A stretch of DNA of 64,000 bases from NCBI GenBank assembly GCA_964016885.1, contig OZ024743.1, forward strand, positions 248,930,001 to 248,994,000. The letters are read 5' to 3'. Below, one piece after another: positions 1 to 13,700 of this stretch (position 1 is its first letter; each line of letters opens with the position of its first letter). The notes under the pieces were generated by a model. That model searched no databases. It worked only from the letters and a program-made list of their open reading frames with translations, and was not told the DNA's origin. Made by a program: the position numbers and the translations under genes. Source of the DNA: Eledone cirrhosa. Taxonomy: Eukaryota.

Positions 1-756
1 TATTGATTCTAACACTATTACATTTGAACTGTAGCACAGTAACTAATTACCTACCAATATTTATTTTTATTTCTTAATTTCATAAATGCTCCATGTTTTA
101 AGTTGGCCAATTGGCAGGGTTTTTAAGGTGTCAGATTAAATGCTTTTATATTTGTTCTAGTTCACTGCACTCTGATTTCAAATCCCCCTGAAGTCAACTT
201 TGCCGGGGGGAGGGGGGGGATTGGTGAAACTATTAAAGAGTCAGACAGGATGTTTTGCAGTACACTCTGTAAAATATTAGGTGATAGGAAGCGCATTCAG
301 CTGTAGAAAACATACCAAACAAAGAGTCGGAAGGACTCTTCAGCTGTGTCAAAGACTTGATAACTTCCCCACTATTGATGCCACAATAACATGCACTTGA
401 TAGAGCATAGGAATGTTTTGTGAGATGTGGACTCCTGGCTCACTTGAGCTCTCTGCAAAGTGCAGAAATGTAAGCAAGATGCAGGCCCCCAGCCCACCTG
501 AGAGTTCAGTAGCTCTGCTTGAGTTTTGACTCAGTCTGTTGTTACCTTTCCAACCCTTGGTAGCAGGGAAAACAGTGGTTAAATGATGATGATTTGGCTC
601 TGTGCATTCTAGGTTCAAATCCTGCTTTATTCTGCCAGGAGTTAGAATGTCAGATTGTATCAGCAATGAAAAAAAAACAATGGAAATACTGTTTCCTTCG
701 TCTTATCTAATGATTAACACCTTTCCTTTTAATTTTACATATTCAATATTTTTCAG

Positions 757-891
757 GTGTGTGTCCCTCGGTATGGTGCTGCCCAAACTGCAAATCTTAA
801 TGAAGCTGAATTTGAAGACCACATTTTGATCCCCACTGAAAATGAAGAGGGACAAAATGGTAGCCAGTTGCAAAGAACAGTTTCTGGAAAA
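757..891 (+). CDS. ANKRD27: ANKRD27 exon (first in window)
   Basis: tttcag|...|gtaata; VCVPRYGAAQTANLNEAEFEDHILIPTENEEGQNGSQLQRTVSGK; phase 0/0. Confidence 0.85.
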
Positions 892-3800
892 GTAATATTT
901 TTAATATTTCCTTTTAACTAATAGTTAGTTGTCTATTGTTTAATCATGTCTTCTTGGACTTGTCCACCTTGTATTAGCCCTCTACATAGTTGCTTGATCT
1001 GTTAAATCTCCCTCAGCCCATCCACTATCTTTAAAAAATAAACAGATATGTCATATTTGATAGTTTAAACCCAGAGACTAAGTAACGACAGCTTGAGTAC
1101 TTATGGTTGTAGGTTTGCTGGATGTGTTGAGCTAGGTAACTTACAATAGTCAAGCTAATGTGGTGAGCCTCTACGTGTTTGCTCAACCTGCTGGGAAGTG
1201 TATGCAAATATCTGTCATATAATACCCAATCATCTTTAAAAAAAAGAATAATGTAATACTAGATATAGTGTACATGAAAAAAGAAAATGAGACAATTGGA
1301 ACATCTTTGATCATAAGTCTGACCTGGAGCTAAACATGTGCTACATGAATTATACTAACCTCACACACCTATTGCAGTATCCTCTAAGGACCACTGAATC
1401 ATCAGAAATTATCTGTTTTTTGGCATTGGACTAAGGATAAATAACATTCTTTGTTAATGTTAGTTGCTAAAGGAATAATGTTTGCTTGTAACAAATCTCA
1501 GACAATTGATTCTGTTGTCATTTTAACCTTTTATACTTCCGGAATTGGTAAAATATATTAATCTCTAATTTCACTAAAAAGGGTGGGTGTTATAAGATGG
1601 AATAACAAATTAACTTCATGCTTGATGTATCAATTAGGTGAGCTTAAACCCTGCTTCAGCTGTCTAGTAGTAACATCTTAATCCTTCCAGGTGTGAATTC
1701 CTCAAATTATTAGTGTTGCTATTTCCACATAAGAGCAAAATATTTTTCAACCTGTCTATTCTTGGACTGTGATAGCCTGTCCAACCTATGCCAGAATGGA
1801 AATGCAAAAAGCACCCAGCCCATAATGTAAAATGGTCATGTAGGTATCCTGACAAAAAGCACCCAGCCCATAGTGTAAAATGGTCATGTAGGTATCACGA
1901 CAAAAAGCACCCAGCCCATAGTGTAAAATGGTCATGTAGGTATCACGACAAAAAGCACCCAGCCCATAATGTAAAATGGTCGTGTAGGTATCTCGACAAA
2001 AAGCACCCAGCCCACATTGTAAAGTGGTCATGTAGGAGACACAGCAAAAAGCACCCAGCCCACACTGTAAATGTGGTTGGCGTTAGGAAGAGCATCCAGC
2101 CGTAGAAGTCTAGCCAGAAACAGTCCTATATGAGAGAGACACTGTCACCCAACCCAACTTGCCTCTAATGGGACAAACCCGTCTAACCCATGATAGCATG
2201 GAAAATAGACATTGAATGATGATGATCCTCATTGTACTAGTATGATGGCAACAACTGCCAGCTATGTTTGTTGTCTGTCGTGACAAGATGATGCCATAGT
2301 TGTACAAGCTATAAAAGAGAAATCTGAATTGATGTCATTTTAGCACATATTTTCCCACTAGACTATTAGATTAGACTCGTGGGACATATCTCCTACCAAT
2401 AATATAAGGTTAGCCAGACTTAGACATATTTTCCAATTAACATCAAACAGTTTAGGATAAGCTTCATCTCTGTAAGCTGGTAGACCTACTAAAAAAAAAA
2501 AAAAAAATTAATTGTATATCCACTCATCTGTTTCTATGTATTTTTCATTTATATATATAATTTTTTTCTGTTACAGACTGTATATATATCAAATGGACAG
2601 ATCCATTTACAAGACAATTTTACTAATAAACTGAAGATTAACATTTTATTTGAAGAAACATTTTACAATGCTGCCGATGAATCTTACCGTGTTTTGTGTG
2701 TTGAACAAATTTTCAATTCCGACCAGTGTTAGTATAAACTTTGCATTGTATTTTACTAGTTTACTGAATTTAATAAAGGAGTTCGGATTCTGTTTGCTTA
2801 TTATATTGAATATCATTTAATATGTTTCAATTTCATATTAACCAGTTAGACTGAAAATTGGCAAAATTATTTTAACCTTCTTTAGGCAATGTCTTTCATT
2901 AGAAACATACTAATGAAAGGGCTTTGGCAGAATCGTTAGTGTTGGATAAAATGCTTTACAGCATCTTGTCCGGCCCTTTATATTGTTAGTTCAATTTTTG
3001 TCAAGGTCAAGATTGCTATTCATCCCTCTGGGGTTGATAAAATAAATTATTTGTATAGTATTGGGGGTTATTTAATTGGCTTTCCACTCCCATCCGACCC
3101 TGAATGCCTTGTTTAAATCAGAAAACATTGTTTCTTTCCAAATATTAACATTCATTTTAATTTTCATTATTTTATTTTAAAAAAGAATTTAAACTCTAGG
3201 TATTTTAACTTCTTCCCTATCATTATTTAGCCAAATCTGAATCGACGCAGCAATTCTACAGAACCCCGACTACCTACAAAGATTGTATAGAACTGCTCTG
3301 GGGAGATTCAAGTAAGAATTAATATCTATATCTATTTGACCCTTTCAGTGTTTCTCTCTTCTTTTCATTCAACATCTTTTCACCGGATTTTAAATTTTCT
3401 GATGAGCCAGTTTACTTAAAATCTTAGCCTTCTGTAATGATTTAGCAGAAAATGTCTAAAAATAGGTTTGTTAATTCAAATGTTTATCATATGTACCAGT
3501 GGATAGATCCTTCTGAAAATTTGCTGTAAACTAAAGTAAATACTTTAATTTTTAATGCAACAACATAGTTCTGTTTTTCACTTTTCAAGAATGTTATGTA
3601 ATACAGGATGTTAAGAGTTAATCAATGTGTTAGAAGAAATGGGAAACTATCTGTAATTTCAGAAGCATCTACATCATACCGAAAAAAGATTTAACATTAA
3701 AAGTTAACCTGTTGACATATCGGGAGAAAACCAATGTTTAATCAATTTTACTGGCAGCTATTAAAAACTCTCGTAGCATGGGTTGATATGGGAGAATATT

Positions 3801-4678
3801 TTAAAATAATAGCAGCAGTAGATAACTACTACTGCTGTTGTTTCAGAGTAAGAATGGATTATTGAAGATGATGGCAGAATCAGTTGTGAGGATAACTTTA
3901 AAATAAAAGTGGGAATTAAGCAACAAAAGAAGGGGAGAGGAGGAAGGAACAAATTCTACACCCCAGTCTGAGCGGTGATTCAGTTGTGCCCTGCTGACAA
4001 AATGAAGGCATGGGCAATGGCCAGTGACACCTACTGCAACAGCCACCACACCTCACGGGGCTCCTTCCTCAGGTGGGCTGTTGTTTTTCCGATTTTGTGG
4101 AGGAAATCTACAGTGCAGGGACCTGTACAAAAATGAAGTGGTTGGTCAAGCCCTGGTATTTATCTTTCTCTCCTCTGCTTTACTGGCAGTGGAAAGAGGG
4201 TTATTCCTTTGGGGGTGATTACCATTGCCATGGTCAAGGCCAGCTGGCTGCATCAATTGTCTTGATGTTGTTCAGTGTGATATGTTGCAGTAAGTTGGTA
4301 TGATAGCGGGTACTGGCCAGACCTGTCAACACAGCATTTGTGAGGTTCACACATACAGAGCCTGGTCTATTCCAATGCATGTGTTCTCATCATCAAGATA
4401 GGAACCAGTTGATGAGGATGTCACTGAATTGAGACATATGCCACTGTTTCAAACTAATTTTCTTTTGTGATTATTCAAATTAAATTATTCACACTGTTTT
4501 CTTTTTCAGCCAATAAAAAAACAAGAGAAAATCTGGATAAAGTATTACAACAATTTATCTATGTTTATGAGCGGCTGGATGTGTATAATTTTCGAAGCAT
4601 TGTAGTAAGTATTCTTTGTACAGAACCATCTTTAACCTGTTGACTACCACGTATATTTTACATAACTGCAGTTGCTGT

Positions 4679-4717
<39 letters not shown>

Positions 4718-7700
4718 ATTGATAAGCATCACATCAATAATCTATTAACCCCATCTAGCTTTGAAGTTATGAGCTGTTGGAAAAGAGTTCATAACTTTGA
4801 AGTTATTAATTGTAGGAAAGGAATTCAACATGTTAGGACAAGTTATCTTGTCTGTGGCACTGGAATGCATACATGTGAGGGCGAGTTATCTCATCTATGG
4901 CACTGAAGAGGTTAATTGGAGTGCTGCATGATTGCAAGACATGGACAATGAGTACAAAAGATGTGCAAAAGCTGCAATGAAAGAAAGCGAGTATGCTCTG
5001 TTGGATGGGTAATATTAGTATGTATGAACAATGAAATACTGATGGGTTGATATAAAAACTGGGTATAAAAGGAATCAGATGTGTTGCGATAAAGAAGATT
5101 GTGTTGGTAAAGGCATGGGGTGCATATTGATAATGACAGTTGGGTAAAAAAAAAGTGTGTGGAATTTCAAGTGGAAGGAAGTTATAGTAGAGGAAGACTT
5201 GAGCAGAAGTGGTGAAAACTGATCTCAGGGTGTTGAACCTCACTAAGGACATTGCAATAGAACACAACAAATTGAAAAGTTATTAAAAACAGTTTCTAAG
5301 TAAAAGAATAATTTACCACTGTTGATGACAAAAGGTTTCTCCCTATGTACAAAAGAACAACTGTATAACGCCTGTGTGCAAAGTATGATGCTGGTAGTGA
5401 AACATGGACTGTGACTGTAGAGGACATGCATAGACTGGAGAGGAATGAAGTAACCATGCTCTATTTTATGTGCAATGTGTGAGAGAGAGGCAGAGCTTGG
5501 TTGAGTTGAGGGAGAAGCTGTGTTTAAGAGGAATCTGGGGGTGGGGGTGTTACAGGAGAGAAGACTGCATTGGTATGGACAATGATCGTTGGGTGAAGAA
5601 GTGGAAGGAAGCCACGGTAGAGGAAGACCAAGAAAGACCTGAGCAGAGATTGAGAGTTGACTTCAAATCACAGACTCAGAGGCGATGACAAAAGATCGCA
5701 ACATGTGGAGAGATGCCATGCTGAGAAGGAATTGTCTAACCCATGCAAGTGTGGAAATGCAGACATAAAAACGATGATGATTATATTAACATCATTAATA
5801 TAGTTCTTATTATAATTTAAGAATATATTATATAAAAATTGACACTGTCGAATCTACATTGCTACTCCAATATGGCAGTATGTTGAATAATTTGACATTC
5901 AACATCATCATCATTTTACATCCGCTTTTCCCTGCTTGCAAGGGTGGGACGGGTTCTATTCAGCACAGCATCTCTCCACTTATCATGGTCCTTCGTCATC
6001 TCCACCGTGAGCTTCAGTGATCTGAGGTCTCCTCTCACCACCTGCGCCCATGTTTTTTGTGGTCTTCCTCTACTACGCCTTCCTTCAACTGGCATTTCTT
6101 GGCACTTCTTCACCCATTGGTCATCCTCCATGCGCATCACATGTCCATACCATCGCAGTCTCCTCTCCCGCACACTACAATTTATCCCTCTCAACACATC
6201 CATGCTCGGTCGTTCATGCACATATTCCACCTTCATGGATATACAATAATCATATCTTATGTTCTGTCAACATCTTTGAAAAGGAATATTTTACTTGAAA
6301 TATAAGGTCTGATTAAATACTTCTAAGGTAGCATTTCAATATCTTATTTTTTAAATTTAATGTTTGATCTGCATTACTATATCTATGACAAACTGTATTA
6401 CACATACTCCATAATGCTTCAAGCTGTCTATAACATTCTCTTCTTTGAAAATATACATTTGCTAATATTTCTATTTATTAATCTTTACTTTTCCTTAGGA
6501 TGTTGCTAGTGCTCAGTATACAAAATCTATGCAGCTTCTGCTTCGGGATCCAACTTTGGTAAGTTTAGTGCAATTGTAGTATGCACTAGATTATTCTTTG
6601 TGTTAGTTAATGTGTTAATCTATAAATATATCTAATATATCTGATGTAGTATTAACTTGGATATCTAATATATCTAATATATCTAATATATCTAATATAT
6701 CTGATGTAGTATTAACTTGGATATTTACCATGCGACCCTCAGTTCCTACCTCACAATTCCCCCCCCCCCCCCCCCACACCACCATAGTCTATTCGACCAA
6801 TCAAACCTAGCATGCCATTTCCACTGCTGCTGCTACTACCTGCCTAACTAACTCTCTCCTCCTCTGGCGCATCCCAACACACCCTGCCATTACCCCACCA
6901 CCACTGTTCTTCTAGCCCTCAATTTTCCCACCGTTATGGATGGATGAGCTGGGAATACACGAGCAACTCTGAATCAATAGATGAAATATGAATCTGCGAG
7001 CTACCAAGCACCCACGTGAAGCGCCAACCCAGAGACCCTCCCCTACGAGTGTCGACAAATGCCCAAAACTCCGAGTTGGTACCATCAATGTAGGCTCAAT
7101 GAAAGGAAGAGCAGGAGAAATCGTAGAAATGCTAGAGCGAAAGGAAGTTGATGTATGCTGTGTGCAAGAGACTAGATGGAGAGGAGGGTCTGCTAGAGTC
7201 CTTGTAGGAAAAAGCCAGTGCTACAAATTTTTCTGGGTGGGAAATGACGATGGGATGGGTGGTGTAGGTATACTATTAGCTGACAAGTGGGTAGATAAAG
7301 TAATCTCAGTGTACAGGGTAAATGCAAGAATCATTAAACTCAGACTAGTCCTGAATAAGACAATTACCACAATAATATCAGCTTACGCACCCCAATCGGG
7401 GCTGCCAGACGAACTTAAGGATAGGTTTTACGAGTCCCTAATACACACTACTGCTCTAACAGACGACAAGGACTTCCTAATCATTGCAGGAGATTTTAAC
7501 GGACACGCAGGTAAACACTGCGACGGCTTCAATAGAGTACATGGAGGCCATGGAGTTGGCACAAGGAATGAGGAAGGATTCAGACTTCTAGAATTCTGCG
7601 ATGCCAATGACATGTCGATATGTAACACAAACTTTAAAAAACCCGACAACCACCTGATCACCTATAGATCAGGGGAGCACTCTAGTCAGTTAGATTTTAT

Positions 7701-10700
7701 CCTCATCAGAGGACGTGACAGATGGACGGTCGTAAACACAAAAGCCTTCCCTAGTGAGGAATGTACATCCCAACATAGCTTAGTTGTCAGCGACCTCACG
7801 GTCAGAACTAGACGAGCCCTGAAACAGAGGCCAACCTGGAGAAGAAAGATCTGGAAGCTGAAAGTCCCCTCAACCAGTAACAGATTTAAAGATATTTTAC
7901 TCAACGCCTACGACAGTAAAGAAGAACAGATAGAGACATTTAACGTAGAAGAGAACTGGGAGTTCCTAAAAAATAACTTACTAGAGGCGACGGATGAGGT
8001 TTGTGGCTGGAGTAAGACCTCAAGCAGGAGGAGAGTGACTTGGTGGTGGAACAATAAGGTAGATGAAGCAGTCAAGGCCAAGAGACAGGCATGGAAAGAA
8101 TGGAAGAACGGGGGGAGCAGGGTACATTACATAGAGACCAAGAGGGAAGCTAGGCGACAAGTATACTTAGCTAGGAGGGAAGCAGAGGATAGAAAATTCA
8201 AGCATGTTTTACAACGTGAGGACCAGAAACAGGAGGTATTCAAGATTGCGAGGCAGTGTGTCAGAGATAGTTGTGATGTCATTGGAGAGAAGTGTATCCG
8301 GAATGATAAAGGTGAGCTTGCCCTCACAAGTGCTGAGAAGAAAGATGCATGGAAGAGTCATTATGATAGATTACTAAATGAGGAGAATGCATGGGAAGAA
8401 GAGACCCTACCCCACGTAGACCCTATAGAGGGACCAGCAGTACAAGTCAGCGTAGTAAGTAAGGCAATCAGAGATATGAAGATAGGGAAGGCAACCGGTC
8501 CATCGGGTATAGCTGCCGAGATGCTGAAGGCATCTGGGTCTGTAGGTCACACTATAACCACACGTATCGTTAACCAGGTAATACTAGAGGGGGCCATACC
8601 AAAAGATTGGTGCAGTAGCATCATTGTCAACTGCTACAAAGGTAAAGGCGATGCACTAGATAGAGGAAACTATAGAGGTATAAAGTTGATGGACCAGGTC
8701 ATGAAAGTAACAGAAAGAGTTATAGCACAGCTGATTAGGGACCGGGTGAATATAGACGAGATGCAATTTGGGTTTGTACCAGGGAAAGGCACCACTGATG
8801 CCCTCTTCCTTGTGAGGCAATTACAGGAAAAGTACCTAGCTAAAAGTAAGCCACTCTACTTGGCATTTGTCGACCTTGAGAAAGCCTTTGACAGAGTTCC
8901 ACGTGCAGTAATCTGGTGGGCTCTTAGAAAACTAGGAGTAGATGAATGGCTTGTGAAAGCGGTACAAGCCATGTATAGGGGAGCAGTCAGCAAAGTTAGG
9001 ATTGGCAATGAGTATAGCGAGGAATTTAGCGTACAGGTTGGGGTCCACCAGGGCTCTGTTCTTAGCCCTCTCCTGTTCATCATAGTTCTGCAGGCAATAA
9101 CGGAGGAGTTTAAGACCGGATGCCCATGGGAACTCCTGTATGCTGATGACCTCGCACTCATAGCTGAATCTATGGTAGAACTAGAGAATAAATTCCAAAC
9201 CTGGAAGCAGGGACTAGAGAGAAAGGGCCTCAAAGTCAACATGACAAAGACTAAGGTCCTTATAAGTAGACGAGAAAACAGAACCCAGATCCCCTCAGGG
9301 AAATGGCCTTGCTCAGTATGTAGGAAAGGTGTAGGTAGGAACTCCATTCTCTGCCCCAAATGCAAACAATGGGTACACAAGAGATGTAGCGGGATCTCAG
9401 GAAGCTTAATTAAGAATGTAGGATTCACATGCAGCAGCTGTGCTGAAACAGCAAGCAAACAGCCACAGGAAACAAGTACCACCAATCTCTGGGAAGGCCC
9501 TGTAGAAACAGTAGACAGCTTCTGCTACCTAGGTGACCGAATTAGCAACGGAGGTGGGTGCTCAGAAAGTACAATAACTAGGGTAAGAACGGGATGGAAG
9601 AAGTTTAGGGAACTACTACCACTGCTAGCTGCAAAAGGCTTCTCCCTCAGAATGAAAGGCAGACTGTATGATGCGTGTATCCGAACAGCGATGTTGCATG
9701 GTAGTGAGACCTGGGCGCTGAAGGTGGAAGACTTACGTAGATTAGAGAGAAACGAAGCCTGCATGCTCTGATGGATGTGTAACAGTAATATACGTGAACG
9801 ACAAAGCATAAAGGAATTGAGAGAGAGACTGAGCATAAGAGGAATCAAATGCTGCGTGCAGGAGAGGCGGTTACGCTGGTATGGACATGTGATGCATATG
9901 AAGGATGACAGCTGCATAAAAAGGTGCAGAGCACTAGAAGTTGATGGAAACCGCGGAGTGGGGAGACCCAAGATGACTTGGGATGAGGTGATAAAAGCCG
10001 ACCTTACCCAACTACACCTCTCAAAGTCAATGACACACGACCGTGACTTCTGGCGTCACGCAGTAATACAGAGTACCCGACCTCCCATGGGTACATGCTG
10101 AAGCATATAAACAATATGCCCCCCCCCACCACCACCACCACCACCGCAAGGTGGTCGTGGAGGTGCCACGGCAAAAAAGCACCCAGCCCACACTGGAAAG
10201 TGGACGTGTAGGCGCCACGAAAAAGCACCCAGCACTCACTGTAAATGAGGTTGGTGTTAGGAAGGGCATCCAGCTGTAGAAATCAAGCCAGATCAGTTCC
10301 TGTATGAGCAAGGCATGGTCAGCCGACCAGACACTGCCCACAACAGGACAACCCGTCTAACCCATGCTAGCGTGGAAGAACGGACGTAAAACGGTGATGA
10401 TGATATATCCTGTTAAAGTTGGAATTATATATAATGATTTAAGCCAGCCTGTAAATAGTTTTGCAATAATATAAATGCAAGAAATAAAACTTTTAGAACC
10501 AAAGCATCTGGTATTTTTGAAGGGGGATAGTTGAGTGGTTAAGGGGTACATTTTGCAAACCACATAGTTTCGAGTTCTATTTCACTGCATAGTAACTTAG
10601 CCAAGTGTCTTCTACTATAGCCACGGGCTGACCAATGACTTGAGTGTGAATTTGGTAGCTGGAAACTAATGAAGCCTGTTGCATGTGTGTGTGTTTATTT

Positions 10701-13700
10701 CTGTGACTTTAGTTTGTATTTGATAGTGCAGCTGATGATATTTGTTCCACAGCTCAGTGGTTAGATATGTGAAGATCTGTATTTTACTTTAAAAAACAGA
10801 TGAGTTGACATTGGGAAGGACATCCAGCCATCGAAGCACTGACTCATCTCATCCAACCGATGCAAACATAGAAAATCATCATTTTTATGTCCTTATCTGC
10901 TGGTGTGTGTTGAATGAGTTGTCATGCTCTAAGACAGGGGTCCCCAACCCCCGGCCCGCGAGGTTTCTAAAAAGGGTACAATTTGCAATAAATTCAAACC
11001 CGATCCATCGATATTGCCGAATAAAACAATGTTTAAATGTATTTTTCTGCTTGGGACAGCTTTAAGTATCAATATTGAATTTTGTTTCAAATCTAACAAG
11101 GGATAAATAAATAATTACTTATTTGTATATAAGTAGTATTAATTGGGCATCCGGCCCGTGGAGCCACTGCTGCATGGCTATCCGGCCCGCGGACCCAAAA
11201 GGTTGGGGACCCCTGCTCTAAGACATAGGTTGGAGAGGTCTCATTTTGCTCATACGTTCCATATTTGGCTTGGTACACTTTTTGAAAATCAATTGAAAAT
11301 CTTAACACTTGATATAATCCTTCCATCATAATTTTGAGAAATTTTGGTGACATGATGTTATAAATATGTTAACAAGAAGGTTATGGAATAAAGCTTAAAC
11401 CCACAAAATTTGAGAAAACTTGTCACACATTCACTTATATGATGACATTTGTAATATACTGTATTGCATACATAGCATAATGGGGAAATAAGAAGGAAAA
11501 TTTTTTGTGTAATTTTTATGAGTGGTAAACTGGATTGTCATTAAAACATCAAATTAGATACTTCACTGTACTTGTTCTGAGCTATGGTTAACATTATATT
11601 TCACCTTTTGGGGTTTATAATATACCGGTTTAGTAGTAGTGGATTGCAGAAATTGTTAGAGCATTGAACATGATCATCATCAGTCCACTATCCATGCTGA
11701 CAAGAGTCCAACAAGTTGCCATGGTCAGAAACTAGACTGGTCAAGAAACCATGTCTTGCTTTTATGTTCCACATTTTGGCATTTTATTTTTATGGCTGGA
11801 TGCCCTTCCTAATACCAACCACATTGGAGTGTACCGGGTGTTTATAATGTGGCACTAACATTACAACATTATTGAGTGTACTGTTGTTCGTATAAAACTT
11901 TGCTAATTCTCTTCAGTGTTGTCATTTTTTAAAACTATTTCTTATCATCATCATCATCATCATCATCGTTTAACGTCCGTGTTCCACGCTTGCATGGGTT
12001 TGGACGGGGGTAGTCCCACTTGAGGCAAGAGTGATTGTCTTGCTCGCATAGGACTGTCTGGCAGGTTTTCTACAGTTGGATGCCCTTCCTAACACCAACC
12101 ACATTTACAGTGTGGGTCTGGGAGGTTTTTACCGTGTTGCCTACACGGCCACATTACAGCGTGGACTGTGTGTTTTTTTGTCGTGACACCTACACGATCT
12201 CATTTGTTTCGGCCTCGATGGCGCGGCACCAACATAACTTTACATAGAACGGGGTGGTGTGGATCGGGTGGGGGTGGTGGTGGTGGGACGGGGTGTATTT
12301 TGTTAGAGATGCCTACTGGCTGGAGTAGGTTTTACTATATATTTAGGTAAGGCGGGTCTTCTCTGTTACTGAGTACCGCCAAAGGTCTCGGTCCTTATAT
12401 ATACGAATAATTCCATTTTTTTCCCCTACCATAATTTTTTTGAAGATTTATAGAATATAACGTCTCCAATTCTCTTTCATCTTCATATATGTCATTTTTT
12501 CAATATCTATTTGAATCATTAATGTAATGTTTATTCATATAAATTAGTTCAAAGCTATCATCATCACCATTTTACGTCCGCTTTTCCCTCCTTGTAACTA
12601 TAAGTGTGCTAACTATTCTTTTATTTATTTTTACAGAAAAGTCGAGCAAGGCACAATCCAGTTTATATGGACTGTTTGAAAGTTGCCGCAGAGGTTAGTC
12701 AGCTATTTTAAATTTCTATTTCGCTTCCAAAAGATTACAAATTTTGTCTTTGGACAAATATCAGAAACTTCATATTATAAAATACTAGTAATGATTATTA
12801 GAAAATAGTGACAAGTCATTTTGTTTAAAAAATGACTAATCATTTTTCTCAGAAAATATTAAGTCAGTTCTCATTTTTTCTTCAATAAGATTGGCAATAA
12901 ATATATAATCTAATTTTATTCATCAACCTCATCGTTATTTTTACATGTTTTCCTACACTAGCATGAGATTTGAGGCTTTTTTTTTTTCACAGCCAAGGTT
13001 TTTTGATGCCAACCCATACTTTATTTGTAAATATGGTATATATTTAAGAAGTCATTTGACTATAGAATTCAGCCTCAAGGTCTCATCCAACCATGCTATC
13101 ATAGAAAAATGGATGTAGAAATCTTAGTTAATTGATTTTTTTTTTTTTTTTGATTTTTTGATTTTTTTTTTTATTAAATGCAGTTCGGTGATCTATTCTG
13201 CTCCTGTGTTAAAAATTAATTTATATCAGTTACTCAATTTTTTAAATTATCTGTGAGTTCAAATATGTAGATAATTAATGACTTACATAATTATTCATTG
13301 AATTTCTATAATTTCAGTACTGTTAGTTCAACGTTGCCTTTCACCTTTTTAGGGTTGATAAAATAAAGTACTAGTCTAGTGCAGTAGATTGGCAGAATTG
13401 TTACAGCATCAGATGAGATGTTTTGCAGTATTTGTTATAAATATTTTTGTTGAGTTCAAATCCCACTTTGACTTATTTGGGTGGCAGACTTTATTCATTC
13501 AGTTTAATCCATCCAACCTATGTCTGGCAATATCAGTAACTGTGAGCTATGAAACCAGTTACATTCATGTGTTAAACTAATAAATTCTCTCACTTTTTTG
13601 CTGAAAAAGGAACCTTAAAATTAGATAAGATAGTAGTATTAAAGTATTTTCCATTTATAAATTATATATTTTAAAATTCTCAAGGATTTTACCAACAACA

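Noticed and set aside
1805-2075. CRISPR-like array, or a repeat protein (KKHPAH..KWSCRY ORF 1788..2105)
   Set aside because: The units are wholly repetitive with no unique spacers, there are no cas genes, and the context is eukaryotic. The ORFs arise because the 48-nt period is a multiple of 3.
6731-6987. HDV-like or hammerhead ribozyme at the RTE 5' end
   Set aside because: Such ribozymes are known in some RTEs, but I could not identify the nested pseudoknot or a CUGANGA/GAAA core by eye. An Infernal or RNArobo search would be needed.
9769-9771. Programmed readthrough or selenocysteine at the RTE TGA
   Set aside because: The position corresponds to Arg in the (M)LRW motif, so a CpG transition is simpler. 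No SECIS was recognised.
7428-9971. Antisense ORFs within the RTE (similar ones lie within the CR1 copies)
   Set aside because: These are shadow frames of the retroelement ORFs with no recognisable domains.
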